A stretch of 51,600 nt of DNA from contig CANMWZ010000030.1 in assembly GCA_947501605.1 (NCBI GenBank), positions 1-51,600 on the forward strand, read 5' to 3'. The translations under genes were made by a program, and so were the position numbers. This DNA comes from Planctomycetota bacterium (GTDB lineage: Bacteria; Planctomycetota; UBA1135; UBA2386). Under the pieces are notes generated by a model that saw only the letters and a list, made by a program, of their open reading frames with translations, was not told the DNA's origin and did no database searches. Shown piece by piece: positions 1 through 8,824 of this stretch. Position 1 is the stretch's first letter. Each line of letters starts with the position of its first letter.

Positions 1-147
1 CGCTTCGTGCACATGGTCGAGGCCGGGAAGACGACGCTGCGGCTCGACAAGCTACTGACCCTTCTCGATGCGCTCGGGCTCGGACTCGAACTGCAGCGAC
101 GGCCCGGCCTGCGGGTCGCGGATGACCTGGCCCCCCCCGCGTCATGA
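1..147 (+). CDS. hipB: HipB-like XRE/HTH antitoxin, 3' part only (truncated by window start)
   Basis: Frame 1 reads RFVHMVEAGKTTLRLDKLLTLLDALGLGLEL..., the C-terminal half of an XRE HTH. Its TGA (145-147) overlaps the hipA ATG (ATGA). Confidence 0.8.
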   Translation, partial: RFVHMVEAGKTTLRLDKLLTLLDALGLGLELQRRPGLRVADDLAPPAS

Positions 148-1352
148 GCCTCGCCGATCTCAAGACCCTCGAGACTGCGGCGGTTCTCGTCGACGGCCAG
201 CGCGCGGGCACTCTGCGGCGGACCAGGACCGGCATCGAGTTCGTCTACGTCGACGGCTACGACGGCAGCCCGGTCGCCACGACGCTGCCCCTCGACATCG
301 GCGTGGTGAAGGCACCCGCCGGCGCCCTGCCTCCATTCTTCTCCGGCCTCTTGCCCGAGGGCCGTCGACTGACGGCGATCCGACGTGCGACCAAGACCTC
401 GGCCGACGACGAACTGACGCTGCTTCTCGCCGTCGGCGCGGACACCATCGGCAATGTGCAAGTCGTGGCCGATGGCTCGACCTCGCTCGCAGCTCCCGAC
501 TTCGCACCGCAAGGACTCGGAGAAGTCGACTTCGAAGCTCTGTTCGAGGACGTGCTCTCGCCAACCATCGCCGACCGCGCAGCCATCCCCGGCGTCCAGG
601 ACAAGGTGTCGGGTCGCATGATCTCGCTGCCGGTTGCCTATCGCTCGGCCCAGTGGATCCTGAAACTCGACCCACCGGAGTTCCCGCACCTCGTCGCCAA
701 CGAAGCCTTCTTTCTCGCCGCAGCTCGCGCATCGGGCATCGATGCAGCATTCGCCGAAACGATCGTCGACGCCAAGGGGCGCCGCGGATTGCTCGTGCGC
801 CGATTCGATCGCGTGCGCGACGGCAAGCAGTTCAGGGCACTCGCCCAGGAAGACGCCTGCCAAGTTCTGGGCCGCTATCCCGCCGACAAGTACCGACTGT
901 CGGCCGAAGAAGTTGTGCGCGGACTGTCGCTCTGCACCGGGGCGCCGAAGGTCGCCGCGCGCACGCTGCTCTCACAATTCGCGTTTGCCTACGTCACCTG
1001 CAATGGTGATGCGCACGCCAAGAACTTCTCGATCGTACGTTCGGATCGCGACTACGAAGTCGCCCCGCTGTACGACGCGCCGAGCACCTATCTCTATGGC
1101 GACACCACACTGGCCCTCGACGTGGTGGGCAAGAACCGCGAGGACGTCGGTCGCGAGGATTTCGTAGAACTGGGCAGCCGGTGCGGCGTGCCGGAGAAGG
1201 CCTCGCGGTCTGTGCTCGATGCGATTGCTGCGGGTGCGGAGTCGTGGCTGGCGAGGCTGGCGGAGTTGCCTTTCGATCGCCGCAAGGTGCACAAGCTGCG
1301 AAAGGCCTGTGAGTACCGGCGGGATCGATTGGCGGGGATCAGGACGGGGTGA
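144..1352 (+). CDS. hipA: HipA-family Ser/Thr kinase toxin with N-terminal couple_hipA domain
   Basis: Motifs LPPFFSGLLPEG, IPGVQDK (Gly-rich loop), ILK, RFDR, QEDACQ, NGDAHAKNFS and PLYD. Confidence 0.93.
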   Translation: MSLADLKTLETAAVLVDGQRAGTLRRTRTGIEFVYVDGYDGSPVATTLPLDIGVVKAPAGALPPFFSGLLPEGRRLTAIRRATKTSADDELTLLLAVGADTIGNVQVVADGSTSLAAPDFAPQGLGEVDFEALFEDVLSPTIADRAAIPGVQDKVSGRMISLPVAYRSAQWILKLDPPEFPHLVANEAFFLAAARASGIDAAFAETIVDAKGRRGLLVRRFDRVRDGKQFRALAQEDACQVLGRYPADKYRLSAEEVVRGLSLCTGAPKVAARTLLSQFAFAYVTCNGDAHAKNFSIVRSDRDYEVAPLYDAPSTYLYGDTTLALDVVGKNREDVGREDFVELGSRCGVPEKASRSVLDAIAAGAESWLARLAELPFDRRKVHKLRKACEYRRDRLAGIRTG

Positions 1353-1463
1353 CACCTCGCCCTGGGCCGCCTCAGTGGATCCGGAACTGAGTGACGTTCG
1401 TCAGGTGCGCCTTCGGCACGCCGGCCTCGTCCCACAGGTCGATGCCCTGGGAGTCGCGACACG

Positions 1464-3056
1464 TCAGGGCACGGTCGCCTTGACTCTTGCCGTCATTTGC
1501 GCCGTTCCGCGCGCGAGGTCAAGGTCAAGGCCTTGCACATGGAGTTGGACGCCGGACATCGACGCCGACGACGGAACGGGAAACGACACCGTCGCCTCGT
1601 ATGCAAACGGGTACCGGATGGTCGGCCCGAGGATCCCGAGTTGCGGATCGAGCAACACCAGCCCGAGGCCAGGGATGTCGAAGCGCGCTGCCGCCGGGGA
1701 GATCATCGAGACCAGTGCATGGCCGGCCTGCGCGATGAAGCCGACATCGAAGCTGCCGCCGCGGGTGGGAGTACGTATGAGACGTGCCTCCCGGTACTGA
1801 TTGCTCATAGCCACGATTCCGCCCCCGAACACGCCCGTGATCACATCGAGATCTCCATCGCGGTCGAAATCGATCATGGTGCGCGCCGTTGCGAGACCTG
1901 CTCCAGGCGTCGATATGGACGGACCTGGCAGAAGGCGCCCGTTCACGTTCTCCCAGAGCGCGTGTCGGTCCCCAGCCACGAGGAGGTCCTCGTCGCCGTC
2001 CTGGTCGAAATCGAAAGCCGCGGTCTTGCGGGCTTGCCCCAGAACCGTAGGCAATAACGAAGTGCCATTCGGCATGGAGGTCGAGCCAGCAGCCGCGAGA
2101 AATGCGTGCACGGGCCACGTGGTAGCCGTCACCGGGTAGCTAATGACCACGTCGCGATGCCCGTCGCCATTGACGTCGATGGCAGACACGGAGGGCGAGT
2201 AGACGTAGACAAACTGATCTCGGGCCACGAACTGCCCTGCACCCAAGTTCTCGAACAAATAGGTCGGCCCAGAACGGAACTGGTAGGATGTGGTCGCGAA
2301 TACGTCCATATCGCCATCGAGATCGGCGTCCACGAGCACGGAGGGGCCTCCCTGGTATCCCAGCGGCTGAACCACGCTCGTGGCAGTGACGTCAGTGAAA
2401 ACCCCACTCCCCTGATTGATGTAGGTTCTTGCCCCCGCACTCGTGCAGAGGAAGAGGTCCATGTCGCCATCTGCGTCGAAGTCCATCGTCACACCGGACG
2501 ATATGGCAACTCGCATGGTCGTCAGCTGGAATCGCTCCTCGAGATGGCCTTGGGCATTGCGCAACCAGATACTCGGAACCTCAGGTCCGAGATTGCCTTG
2601 GATCGGCGAACTCCGCACGAACCGACTCGTGAGCACATCACCTTTGCCGTCGCCGTCGAAGTCACCGATCATGGGCAGCGAGTACTCGAGCACAGTCCAA
2701 GCTGGCGGAGTGACTGTGGATTGGAGGATGGTCGACGAGACCCAGTCACCCGACCCGAGCATGCTGTTGTAGGCTAGGCCATAGACGGTGCCAGAGGAAG
2801 CTCCATTGACCGGTCGAACGATCTCAAGAACCCCGTCCCCGTCTACGTCGAGTTCGATCTGCATTCCGTCGAAAACCGGCGACCCGCCGGGGAAAACAAC
2901 ACCACGGAAAGGCGGCGGGCGCAGGATCGGATCATGACTACCGACCTGCCCAGCCTCAGCCACACGCGCTGCGGACCGGATCGTCCAAGGCGATGACTGC
3001 GCAAGGCAAGCGGCACCGACGAACCAAAGGCTCAGGAGCGAGAAATGAAAGCTCAT
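1464..3056 (-). CDS. Secreted FG-GAP/VCBS-repeat protein with shared C-terminal domain
   Basis: Signal peptide MSFHFSLLSLWFVGAACLAQ and seven DxDGDGxxD-type repeats (DVDGDGVLE, DFDGDGKGD, DFDADGDMD, DADLDGDMD, DVNGDGHRD, DFDQDGDED, DFDRDGDLD). The ATG at 3056 overlaps the upstream stop. Confidence 0.85.
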   Translation of the reverse strand: MSFHFSLLSLWFVGAACLAQSSPWTIRSAARVAEAGQVGSHDPILRPPPFRGVVFPGGSPVFDGMQIELDVDGDGVLEIVRPVNGASSGTVYGLAYNSMLGSGDWVSSTILQSTVTPPAWTVLEYSLPMIGDFDGDGKGDVLTSRFVRSSPIQGNLGPEVPSIWLRNAQGHLEERFQLTTMRVAISSGVTMDFDADGDMDLFLCTSAGARTYINQGSGVFTDVTATSVVQPLGYQGGPSVLVDADLDGDMDVFATTSYQFRSGPTYLFENLGAGQFVARDQFVYVYSPSVSAIDVNGDGHRDVVISYPVTATTWPVHAFLAAAGSTSMPNGTSLLPTVLGQARKTAAFDFDQDGDEDLLVAGDRHALWENVNGRLLPGPSISTPGAGLATARTMIDFDRDGDLDVITGVFGGGIVAMSNQYREARLIRTPTRGGSFDVGFIAQAGHALVSMISPAAARFDIPGLGLVLLDPQLGILGPTIRYPFAYEATVSFPVPSSASMSGVQLHVQGLDLDLARGTAQMTARVKATVP

Positions 3057-5989
3057 CGAAGCACCCTCATTCCTCCAGTCAATCCAACGCCCAGAGGAGA
3101 CCACTCCCTACCGATTTTCCCATCAACAGCCATAAATGCTCGCGCGCGAGTCTCCCTATTGCCTGCGATCATGCCTACCCAGTCTTCAGACAGTCGCACA
3201 TCACCTGCCCCTCCTCGTGGTGCGCTGGCTGCAAGTCCGCTCCATGGATTCGGATTGATTACGTCAGTCAGTACCACCAGAAACGTCTGCAAGTTGTTCC
3301 CGACTTGCGCTGCTGGAGACAACTGCCTGAGCTCACAGTCTACGCGAACACCCAGATCCCAGCCGTTATCCGGAACAATGTCCGGGCACACAGAAACGCC
3401 CATTGCATCGAAAGAAATCAGCGGCTGGAACACGCCGCCGCAATCCGACAGTGGGCCAAATTGACTGGGGGGCCCACTGCCTCCGTCCAGAACATAACGA
3501 TAGGGGCTAGGCAACACTCTCAGCCCAGCTCCCGGAGGATTGATGTGCGCAGCGACAACCCCACCATTGTAGCCGCTTAACCCAAACCACACCATAGGCG
3601 GGGCGCCATGGGGAACTTGCCCTACATTGTAGAAGAGCAGCGGATTGTCCCAAGCCAGACCCAATTCTCCAAGCTCATGTTCACAGTAGTCTGGGTGAGC
3701 ACTGTAGGGATCGAACGCAAGTTCCGGAAGCGGAAATGTCAATCCCAGCGCGTCGAAGAAGCCCCCCCAAGGATGCGCATCATGAAGCAAGTGAGGACTG
3801 AAATCGCAGGGCAAATTGCGCATGAACGGAGCATGACTCCCGACTTCGAAGCTGCGTCGCCGAAAGGACCTAAGCGTTATGGGATCTTGTGGAAATGGCT
3901 GATAAATGACTTGCGCCCAGCCCGCAGTGTAGTTAGACGTAGACAACAAGCCGTTGTAGTATGGGGACGCCGGGAGGGGCAGTGGCTCCTGTCGGACATT
4001 CTCGCTCCATGGCAGGAAGCCGATTACAGAATTCGCATCCGGCCTCGCATGACCAGCCGAGCCAGGCTGGCCAATGTAGTAAATCTTGTTGTATGCACCC
4101 CCAGGCACTTCTGGCATGCTCGGACTCAGTGCACAGTACATGCGCGTATTCGGAACGTATCCAGCCATGATCAACTTCGCGCACTGATCAGCACCAATGT
4201 CGATACTGCCCAGAGATCCTGGTGCGGCACCACTCATCGGCTCAATCCTCGGATTGCCAAAGCCCTCGCAATCGTAGTCCCACCCGTGCACAGAAGCATC
4301 CTCTGCATTCAGAGGCAGGCCGGGAGCGCTGATAATAAGTGCTCCATTATCGTTCGCCAGCATTGGGGACCCATTCGTCCCCACGCTTGCGGCAGGGAAG
4401 TTAATGCCCGCGCCAATCAGCGGATTGGGCACGTTGGGGACCGCACTCGGCAACTGACGAGCGAATGGAGTAATTCGCAAGTCATTGTGGAAAACATCGT
4501 CCTGGAGGACCTCTCTCACGAGTAGTGACCCATACTGCTGCGTATTCACTCGGGGCGGCTCCGGGGCCGGCAGGGCAATGAAGCCCGTCTGCGCGATAAC
4601 CCAGTTCGGAGTAGAACTAAGACTAACTCCACGATTGGCGCGGCCCGCATACCAGGCATTGTAGTCCCGCTGATCCTGAGTCGGGAGAACTTGGCCATTA
4701 TGGAAGCGGACCCTCTGACTTTGAGGCCACACACCCTCGAATGCCGACGAACCATCGTCTTGCTCTTGATTCGAGGCATAGAACAAGTTGTTGACCATGA
4801 GAGGGTTATGGTTGTTGACATACGGCGACGTGGGAGGAGGCGTATCCGTGGCCAACATTCCAGACCACAGCCCCACAAAATTGTCGTAGAAGGTGTTATT
4901 AATTATGACCGGCTCGTGCACTCCAAACCTGTCGACAAGCCCGTCTCTCCAACCAAAACTGTCGATCCCCACGCCCACCAAGTTGTCGATGAAAAAGCAA
5001 TTCGTGATTCGGATTCGCGCAATTGAAGCGTGTCCCATGATGTGTATGCCAATCCCCCGACAGTGCCGCTTCGTGCCGCTGGATGACACATCGATGACAG
5101 ACCTCGCACCTCGGATCGTGATGCCGTCTATGAACGCATTGTCGTGCTGAAGGCCAGCACCCCCAGTCCAAACCTGGATTATGTCTGAAGTGCGCTGCAT
5201 CGGAGTCAACGCGGCGTCAGATCCTCTAGCATCAAACACCGTGTCCAACGCGCTCGTTCCCTGAATGGACACTCTGTCATGCAAAGCACTGGGCCCAAGG
5301 TCTCCTCCAGGAGTTCTTCCGCCCAGCAGCACCGGGAAGTCCTCGCCATTCCATGGGAGACCCGACTCTGGGTCGATCTCACCTTCGAATGCCGCGGGGC
5401 CGTAGAGGCCAGGCAGACAGTGAATCACCACGAAGGCGACGGTAAGCCCAGTAGCTGGGTTAGTCCAGGGGAGCTCAGCAACGTGTGGAAGCTGCGGGCC
5501 GTTCGGGCTTACCTTGGAGAACAAGGAATTCACGTATTCGATCGCCCCCCATTCTCCTGTCAGTGTGCGGAACGAGTATGGGGCATGCTGGATGTAGCCT
5601 GAGATGCCTTGCCCCGATGGCGAATTGGGCGAATCCCAGGGGGAGCATTCTTGTCTTGTATCCAGTGGCCTAGGCCTCGTCGCTCTTTCAAATGGCGGGC
5701 CCAACCCGGACTGCCACACGTAGAAGTCGTGAAGCATGGGTGCAACCGGCGTGTTGATACCGTTCGGAGGGTCGGGTTCGCGATTGCCAGGATTCAGCGC
5801 AATTGCCTCGGCGTTGTCCCCGAAGATCGGATCGACGTATACATGGAACACAAAGTTGGTCCTGCCAACCCCTCCCTGCGCCCGAGCGGGAACAGCCATC
5901 ACGGCTAGAACCAGCCCAGCAAGCAACGCTTCCCCAGTGCCGGCGCGGGACGCCTTGCGAAAGTTCTCGACAAACATCGAAAGCTCCAC
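3053..5989 (-). CDS. Large secreted protein with DUF1565-like/parallel beta-helix region
   Basis: 978 aa ORF with signal peptide ending PARA-Q. Contains VYVDPIFGDN, LPGLY, GEDFPV, VSIQG..TVFD, beta-helix-like IDGITIRG/ITNCFFIDN/IINNTFYDN/MVNNLF, and GNPRI...DIGADQ. Confidence 0.7.
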   Translation of the reverse strand: MELSMFVENFRKASRAGTGEALLAGLVLAVMAVPARAQGGVGRTNFVFHVYVDPIFGDNAEAIALNPGNREPDPPNGINTPVAPMLHDFYVWQSGLGPPFERATRPRPLDTRQECSPWDSPNSPSGQGISGYIQHAPYSFRTLTGEWGAIEYVNSLFSKVSPNGPQLPHVAELPWTNPATGLTVAFVVIHCLPGLYGPAAFEGEIDPESGLPWNGEDFPVLLGGRTPGGDLGPSALHDRVSIQGTSALDTVFDARGSDAALTPMQRTSDIIQVWTGGAGLQHDNAFIDGITIRGARSVIDVSSSGTKRHCRGIGIHIMGHASIARIRITNCFFIDNLVGVGIDSFGWRDGLVDRFGVHEPVIINNTFYDNFVGLWSGMLATDTPPPTSPYVNNHNPLMVNNLFYASNQEQDDGSSAFEGVWPQSQRVRFHNGQVLPTQDQRDYNAWYAGRANRGVSLSSTPNWVIAQTGFIALPAPEPPRVNTQQYGSLLVREVLQDDVFHNDLRITPFARQLPSAVPNVPNPLIGAGINFPAASVGTNGSPMLANDNGALIISAPGLPLNAEDASVHGWDYDCEGFGNPRIEPMSGAAPGSLGSIDIGADQCAKLIMAGYVPNTRMYCALSPSMPEVPGGAYNKIYYIGQPGSAGHARPDANSVIGFLPWSENVRQEPLPLPASPYYNGLLSTSNYTAGWAQVIYQPFPQDPITLRSFRRRSFEVGSHAPFMRNLPCDFSPHLLHDAHPWGGFFDALGLTFPLPELAFDPYSAHPDYCEHELGELGLAWDNPLLFYNVGQVPHGAPPMVWFGLSGYNGGVVAAHINPPGAGLRVLPSPYRYVLDGGSGPPSQFGPLSDCGGVFQPLISFDAMGVSVCPDIVPDNGWDLGVRVDCELRQLSPAAQVGNNLQTFLVVLTDVINPNPWSGLAASAPRGGAGDVRLSEDWVGMIAGNRETRARAFMAVDGKIGREWSPLGVGLTGGMRVLR

Positions 5990-6076
5990 TCAAGCCTCAG
6001 CTCGCCACGCCCAGCCAACACCGAGGCCCGAGTTGTGTTGGTCGAGTTGCGGACCTTTCCCGATCCGCACCCCTTG

Positions 6077-6104
6077 ATGGTACGAAGAGGCTTCCACTTG
6101 TCAA
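6077..6104 (-). promoter_or_regulatory. Putative sigma70 promoter for the 5989-1464 gene pair
   Basis: Minus strand reads TTGACA-N16-TACCAT about 90 bp upstream of the ORF. Confidence 0.55.
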
Positions 6105-6171
6105 GCCCACGGTTCATGGAGGTTGGCCCGGACCCGCCGCCTCCTTGCCATCGCCCCCGGGTGCGCCGTTC

Positions 6172-8025
6172 TCAGTAGCCCAACGTCCACCGCGCCGCCG
6201 CCGTCAACCCGATCGGAACCCCCGCCCCCGGCGCGAAGTCGACGATCGCGCCCTGCAGGAACAACTGCACCCCGACGAACGCCACGTCGTACGGCACCGC
6301 CACCGCCACCGACGACGGCAACCCCGACCCAGCCCACGGCGGCAGGATCCAGTTCAGCACCTCGGTGGCCGGATCGACGAGCAGTTCCCCCGGCGCTCCA
6401 CCACCCACCATCCCATATCCCGGCAGCGGCACACCGCAGGGAAAGCCCGGCGCCGGCGCCGTCGTCAGCAGCACGATCGGCAGCGAACCCACCGACTGCG
6501 TCGCCGCGGGATTGTCGACGAAGATCACCGCCGTGCCCGCGAGCGAAGGCCCCCCGTTCACGAACAGACTGCCCGTCGGATTGAGCCCGCAACCGTAGTA
6601 CGTCGTCGCATTGCGCACAGGCACCAGTTGCGCATTGCTGCTGATCGCCTGCACGACCGTGTCCCCAGGGCTCGTGCGCAGATCCGTCCACGACAGCACC
6701 GCCGCGCCCGAGCGCGTCGACGCGCACACCAGCCGCAGCTTGTCGCTCGCGAACGTGCTCGCATAGGTCGCCGACGTCCACACCACGTTGCCCGCGAAGT
6801 CCATCTGGAACCCCCGCACTTGGTCGTTCTGCGTCGCCCCGATCTGCTCCAACACGAAGCCGAACGCCCCGCCCGCGAACGCCGCCGCGACCGGCGCGAA
6901 GTAGGTCGTGCTCCCCACCGGCACCAACGAGATGCCGCTGCTGCCCCACAGCACACCGCTCGCGTCGACGCGTTGCGCCGTGATGCCCCACTGCGACTGC
7001 GCCGTGTTGCGTTCGTTGAAGTAGACGATCGCCGATTGCGTCGCCACGTCGACTGCCATCGCCGGATCGAACTTGCTGTTGCCGTTGGTCGACAGGTCGA
7101 GCCCGTTGTGCGCGTAGAGCTCGTTGCCCAGCGCGTCGAGTCGTTGAACGCGCGCGCTGAACGCCGTCGCCGGCGCGAAGTGCCACGACATCCATGCACC
7201 ACCGAACCCGTCGGCGATCATCTTGTGTTGGTGCGCGATCGGCACCGAGGTCTGGTCGAAGACTGGCAGCCGCACGCCGGCATTCCAGATCGGCGTGCCC
7301 GCCGCATCGAACTTCATCGCGTGCAGATGTCGCGCCGCCGTGAAGGCCGTGGCCCGCATCCAGCTCAGGATCGCACTGCCGCTGTCGCTCGCGACGATCT
7401 GCACGAAGCCCGGTGTCGCGCCCGCGTCGCCGGCGTAGCCGATCCCGTCTTGCGCGAACCGCGGCGTGCCCGCCGGATCGAGCCATTGCAGTCGCACCGT
7501 GCGCGTGACCGAGTTGGCCCATGCGAATGCGAAGTGCCCGTCGCTGGTCTCGACGACGCGCGGGTTCGCTTCGAAGTCGCCGTTGGCCGAGAGCGCCACA
7601 CCATTTGCCCCCCAGATCGAGACGCCCGTCGGATCGATGCGATAGGCATAGCAATCGAGATCTCCGCCCGCGCGCGTATCCGTGAACGTCAATACACAGA
7701 GTCCCGTGCTGTCACAGATCAGGTCCCAATCGACCAGCGAGGTCGATTGCGGATTGTTGGAGACCACGATGCCGTTGTGCGCCCATTGCTCCTGCCCGTC
7801 GCGGTCGAGCCGCTGCAGCCGCACTTCGTAGCCGCCGTTGCGGTTGTCGAACCAGCCCACGTAACAGCCGCCGTCCGGCAGCAGCGCGATCTTGTTGAGC
7901 ACTTGCTCGCCGGCGCCGTCGGCGACCGAGAGGTTCTGCGCCGCGTTGGGCGACCATTGCGCTGCCGCGGAGGCCGCGACGAAGGAGAACGAGACGAGGG
8001 CCGCGAGGGAAAACGTCGTGCGCAT
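6172..8025 (-). CDS. Secreted repeat (probable beta-propeller) protein with shared C-terminal domain
   Basis: Signal peptide ending AAA-Q and about seven ~55 aa repeats ending [QR]xxDxxGxxx[WFY]xxxG (WAHNG, WGANG, FAQDG, WNAG, YAHNG, WGSSG, WTS). Confidence 0.8.
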   Translation of the reverse strand: MRTTFSLAALVSFSFVAASAAAQWSPNAAQNLSVADGAGEQVLNKIALLPDGGCYVGWFDNRNGGYEVRLQRLDRDGQEQWAHNGIVVSNNPQSTSLVDWDLICDSTGLCVLTFTDTRAGGDLDCYAYRIDPTGVSIWGANGVALSANGDFEANPRVVETSDGHFAFAWANSVTRTVRLQWLDPAGTPRFAQDGIGYAGDAGATPGFVQIVASDSGSAILSWMRATAFTAARHLHAMKFDAAGTPIWNAGVRLPVFDQTSVPIAHQHKMIADGFGGAWMSWHFAPATAFSARVQRLDALGNELYAHNGLDLSTNGNSKFDPAMAVDVATQSAIVYFNERNTAQSQWGITAQRVDASGVLWGSSGISLVPVGSTTYFAPVAAAFAGGAFGFVLEQIGATQNDQVRGFQMDFAGNVVWTSATYASTFASDKLRLVCASTRSGAAVLSWTDLRTSPGDTVVQAISSNAQLVPVRNATTYYGCGLNPTGSLFVNGGPSLAGTAVIFVDNPAATQSVGSLPIVLLTTAPAPGFPCGVPLPGYGMVGGGAPGELLVDPATEVLNWILPPWAGSGLPSSVAVAVPYDVAFVGVQLFLQGAIVDFAPGAGVPIGLTAAARWTLGY

Positions 8026-8049
8026 GCGAAGCGAAGCCGGGTCGGTGGA

Positions 8050-8649
8050 TCAGGAAATCAGCGGGGCTTCGCCATTGGAGCACGAAGCCAACCATGGCGA
8101 TATCGCCGCGGACCAGACGGCGAGCTTCTCCGCGAGCCGTAGAGAAGCGTGCGCGGGGCTTGTCGACGGCAGTTGCACCAGCGGCAACGCCCGCCAATCC
8201 ACCGCCAAGTTCGGCACGACGTATCGGCGGTAGCAGCCGTAGGCCGCCCCGCCGTTGCAGAAGACCGCCCGCAGCTCGCGGTGCGTCGCAAAGAACGTGG
8301 CGAAGTCGTTGACCACGATCGAGTTCTTGTCGATGTCGGCGTCGAGGCTGCCCGTTCGCGCGCACGACTGCAGCACGTCCCAGACCGCGAGCCCGCACCG
8401 CTGCAGCACGGCGGCGCGCTGGTCATAGGGCAGCTCCGGCCCGGCGCCGGCGATGGCACCGACGATTGGCCAGAAGGCGTTCTGCGGGTGGGCGTAGTAC
8501 TCGCCACGCTGCAACGACGCCCGCCCCGGCATGCTGCCGAGCACCAGCACGCGCGCGTCCCCGGCCGCGATCGGTGGGAAACCTGTCGCGATCGGCGGGA
8601 ATCCGGTCTCGACCGCAGGGACACTTCGAGGTCGTCCGTTGCGCGCCAT
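8050..8649 (-). CDS. DNA-deoxyinosine (hypoxanthine) glycosylase, UDG superfamily family 6-like
   Basis: GFPPIA..ARVLVLGSMPG.ASL...YYAHPQNAFW, WDVL, GSLDADI, NG and LPSTSPAHA motifs. Start placed at ATG 8649. Confidence 0.88.
   Translation of the reverse strand: MARNGRPRSVPAVETGFPPIATGFPPIAAGDARVLVLGSMPGRASLQRGEYYAHPQNAFWPIVGAIAGAGPELPYDQRAAVLQRCGLAVWDVLQSCARTGSLDADIDKNSIVVNDFATFFATHRELRAVFCNGGAAYGCYRRYVVPNLAVDWRALPLVQLPSTSPAHASLRLAEKLAVWSAAISPWLASCSNGEAPLIS
8566..8607 (-). repeat. 21-bp tandem duplication encoding TGFPPIA twice
   Basis: cgcgatcggtgggaaacctgt / cgcgatcggcgggaatccggt; three mismatches, all synonymous. Confidence 0.9.
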
Positions 8650-8824
8650 CGACAAAGGCCTAACCGCACACCGGGGGAACGCCAAGGGCATGGTGCCCGA
8701 CCTCGACCTTGCGGGTTCCCGTTCGAGCGTGCGACTGCTAGCCTGTTCGGACCTGCCGCCCTTAGCACTCCGGCCTCCCCCCCGAAGCCGGCCGTTTCCA
8801 CCACCTGCACGAGAAGGCACCCGC

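Noticed and set aside
1..6170. Prophage or integrative element around hipBA and the low-GC genes
   Set aside because: No integrase, transposase, att-like direct repeats or tRNA were seen within the window.
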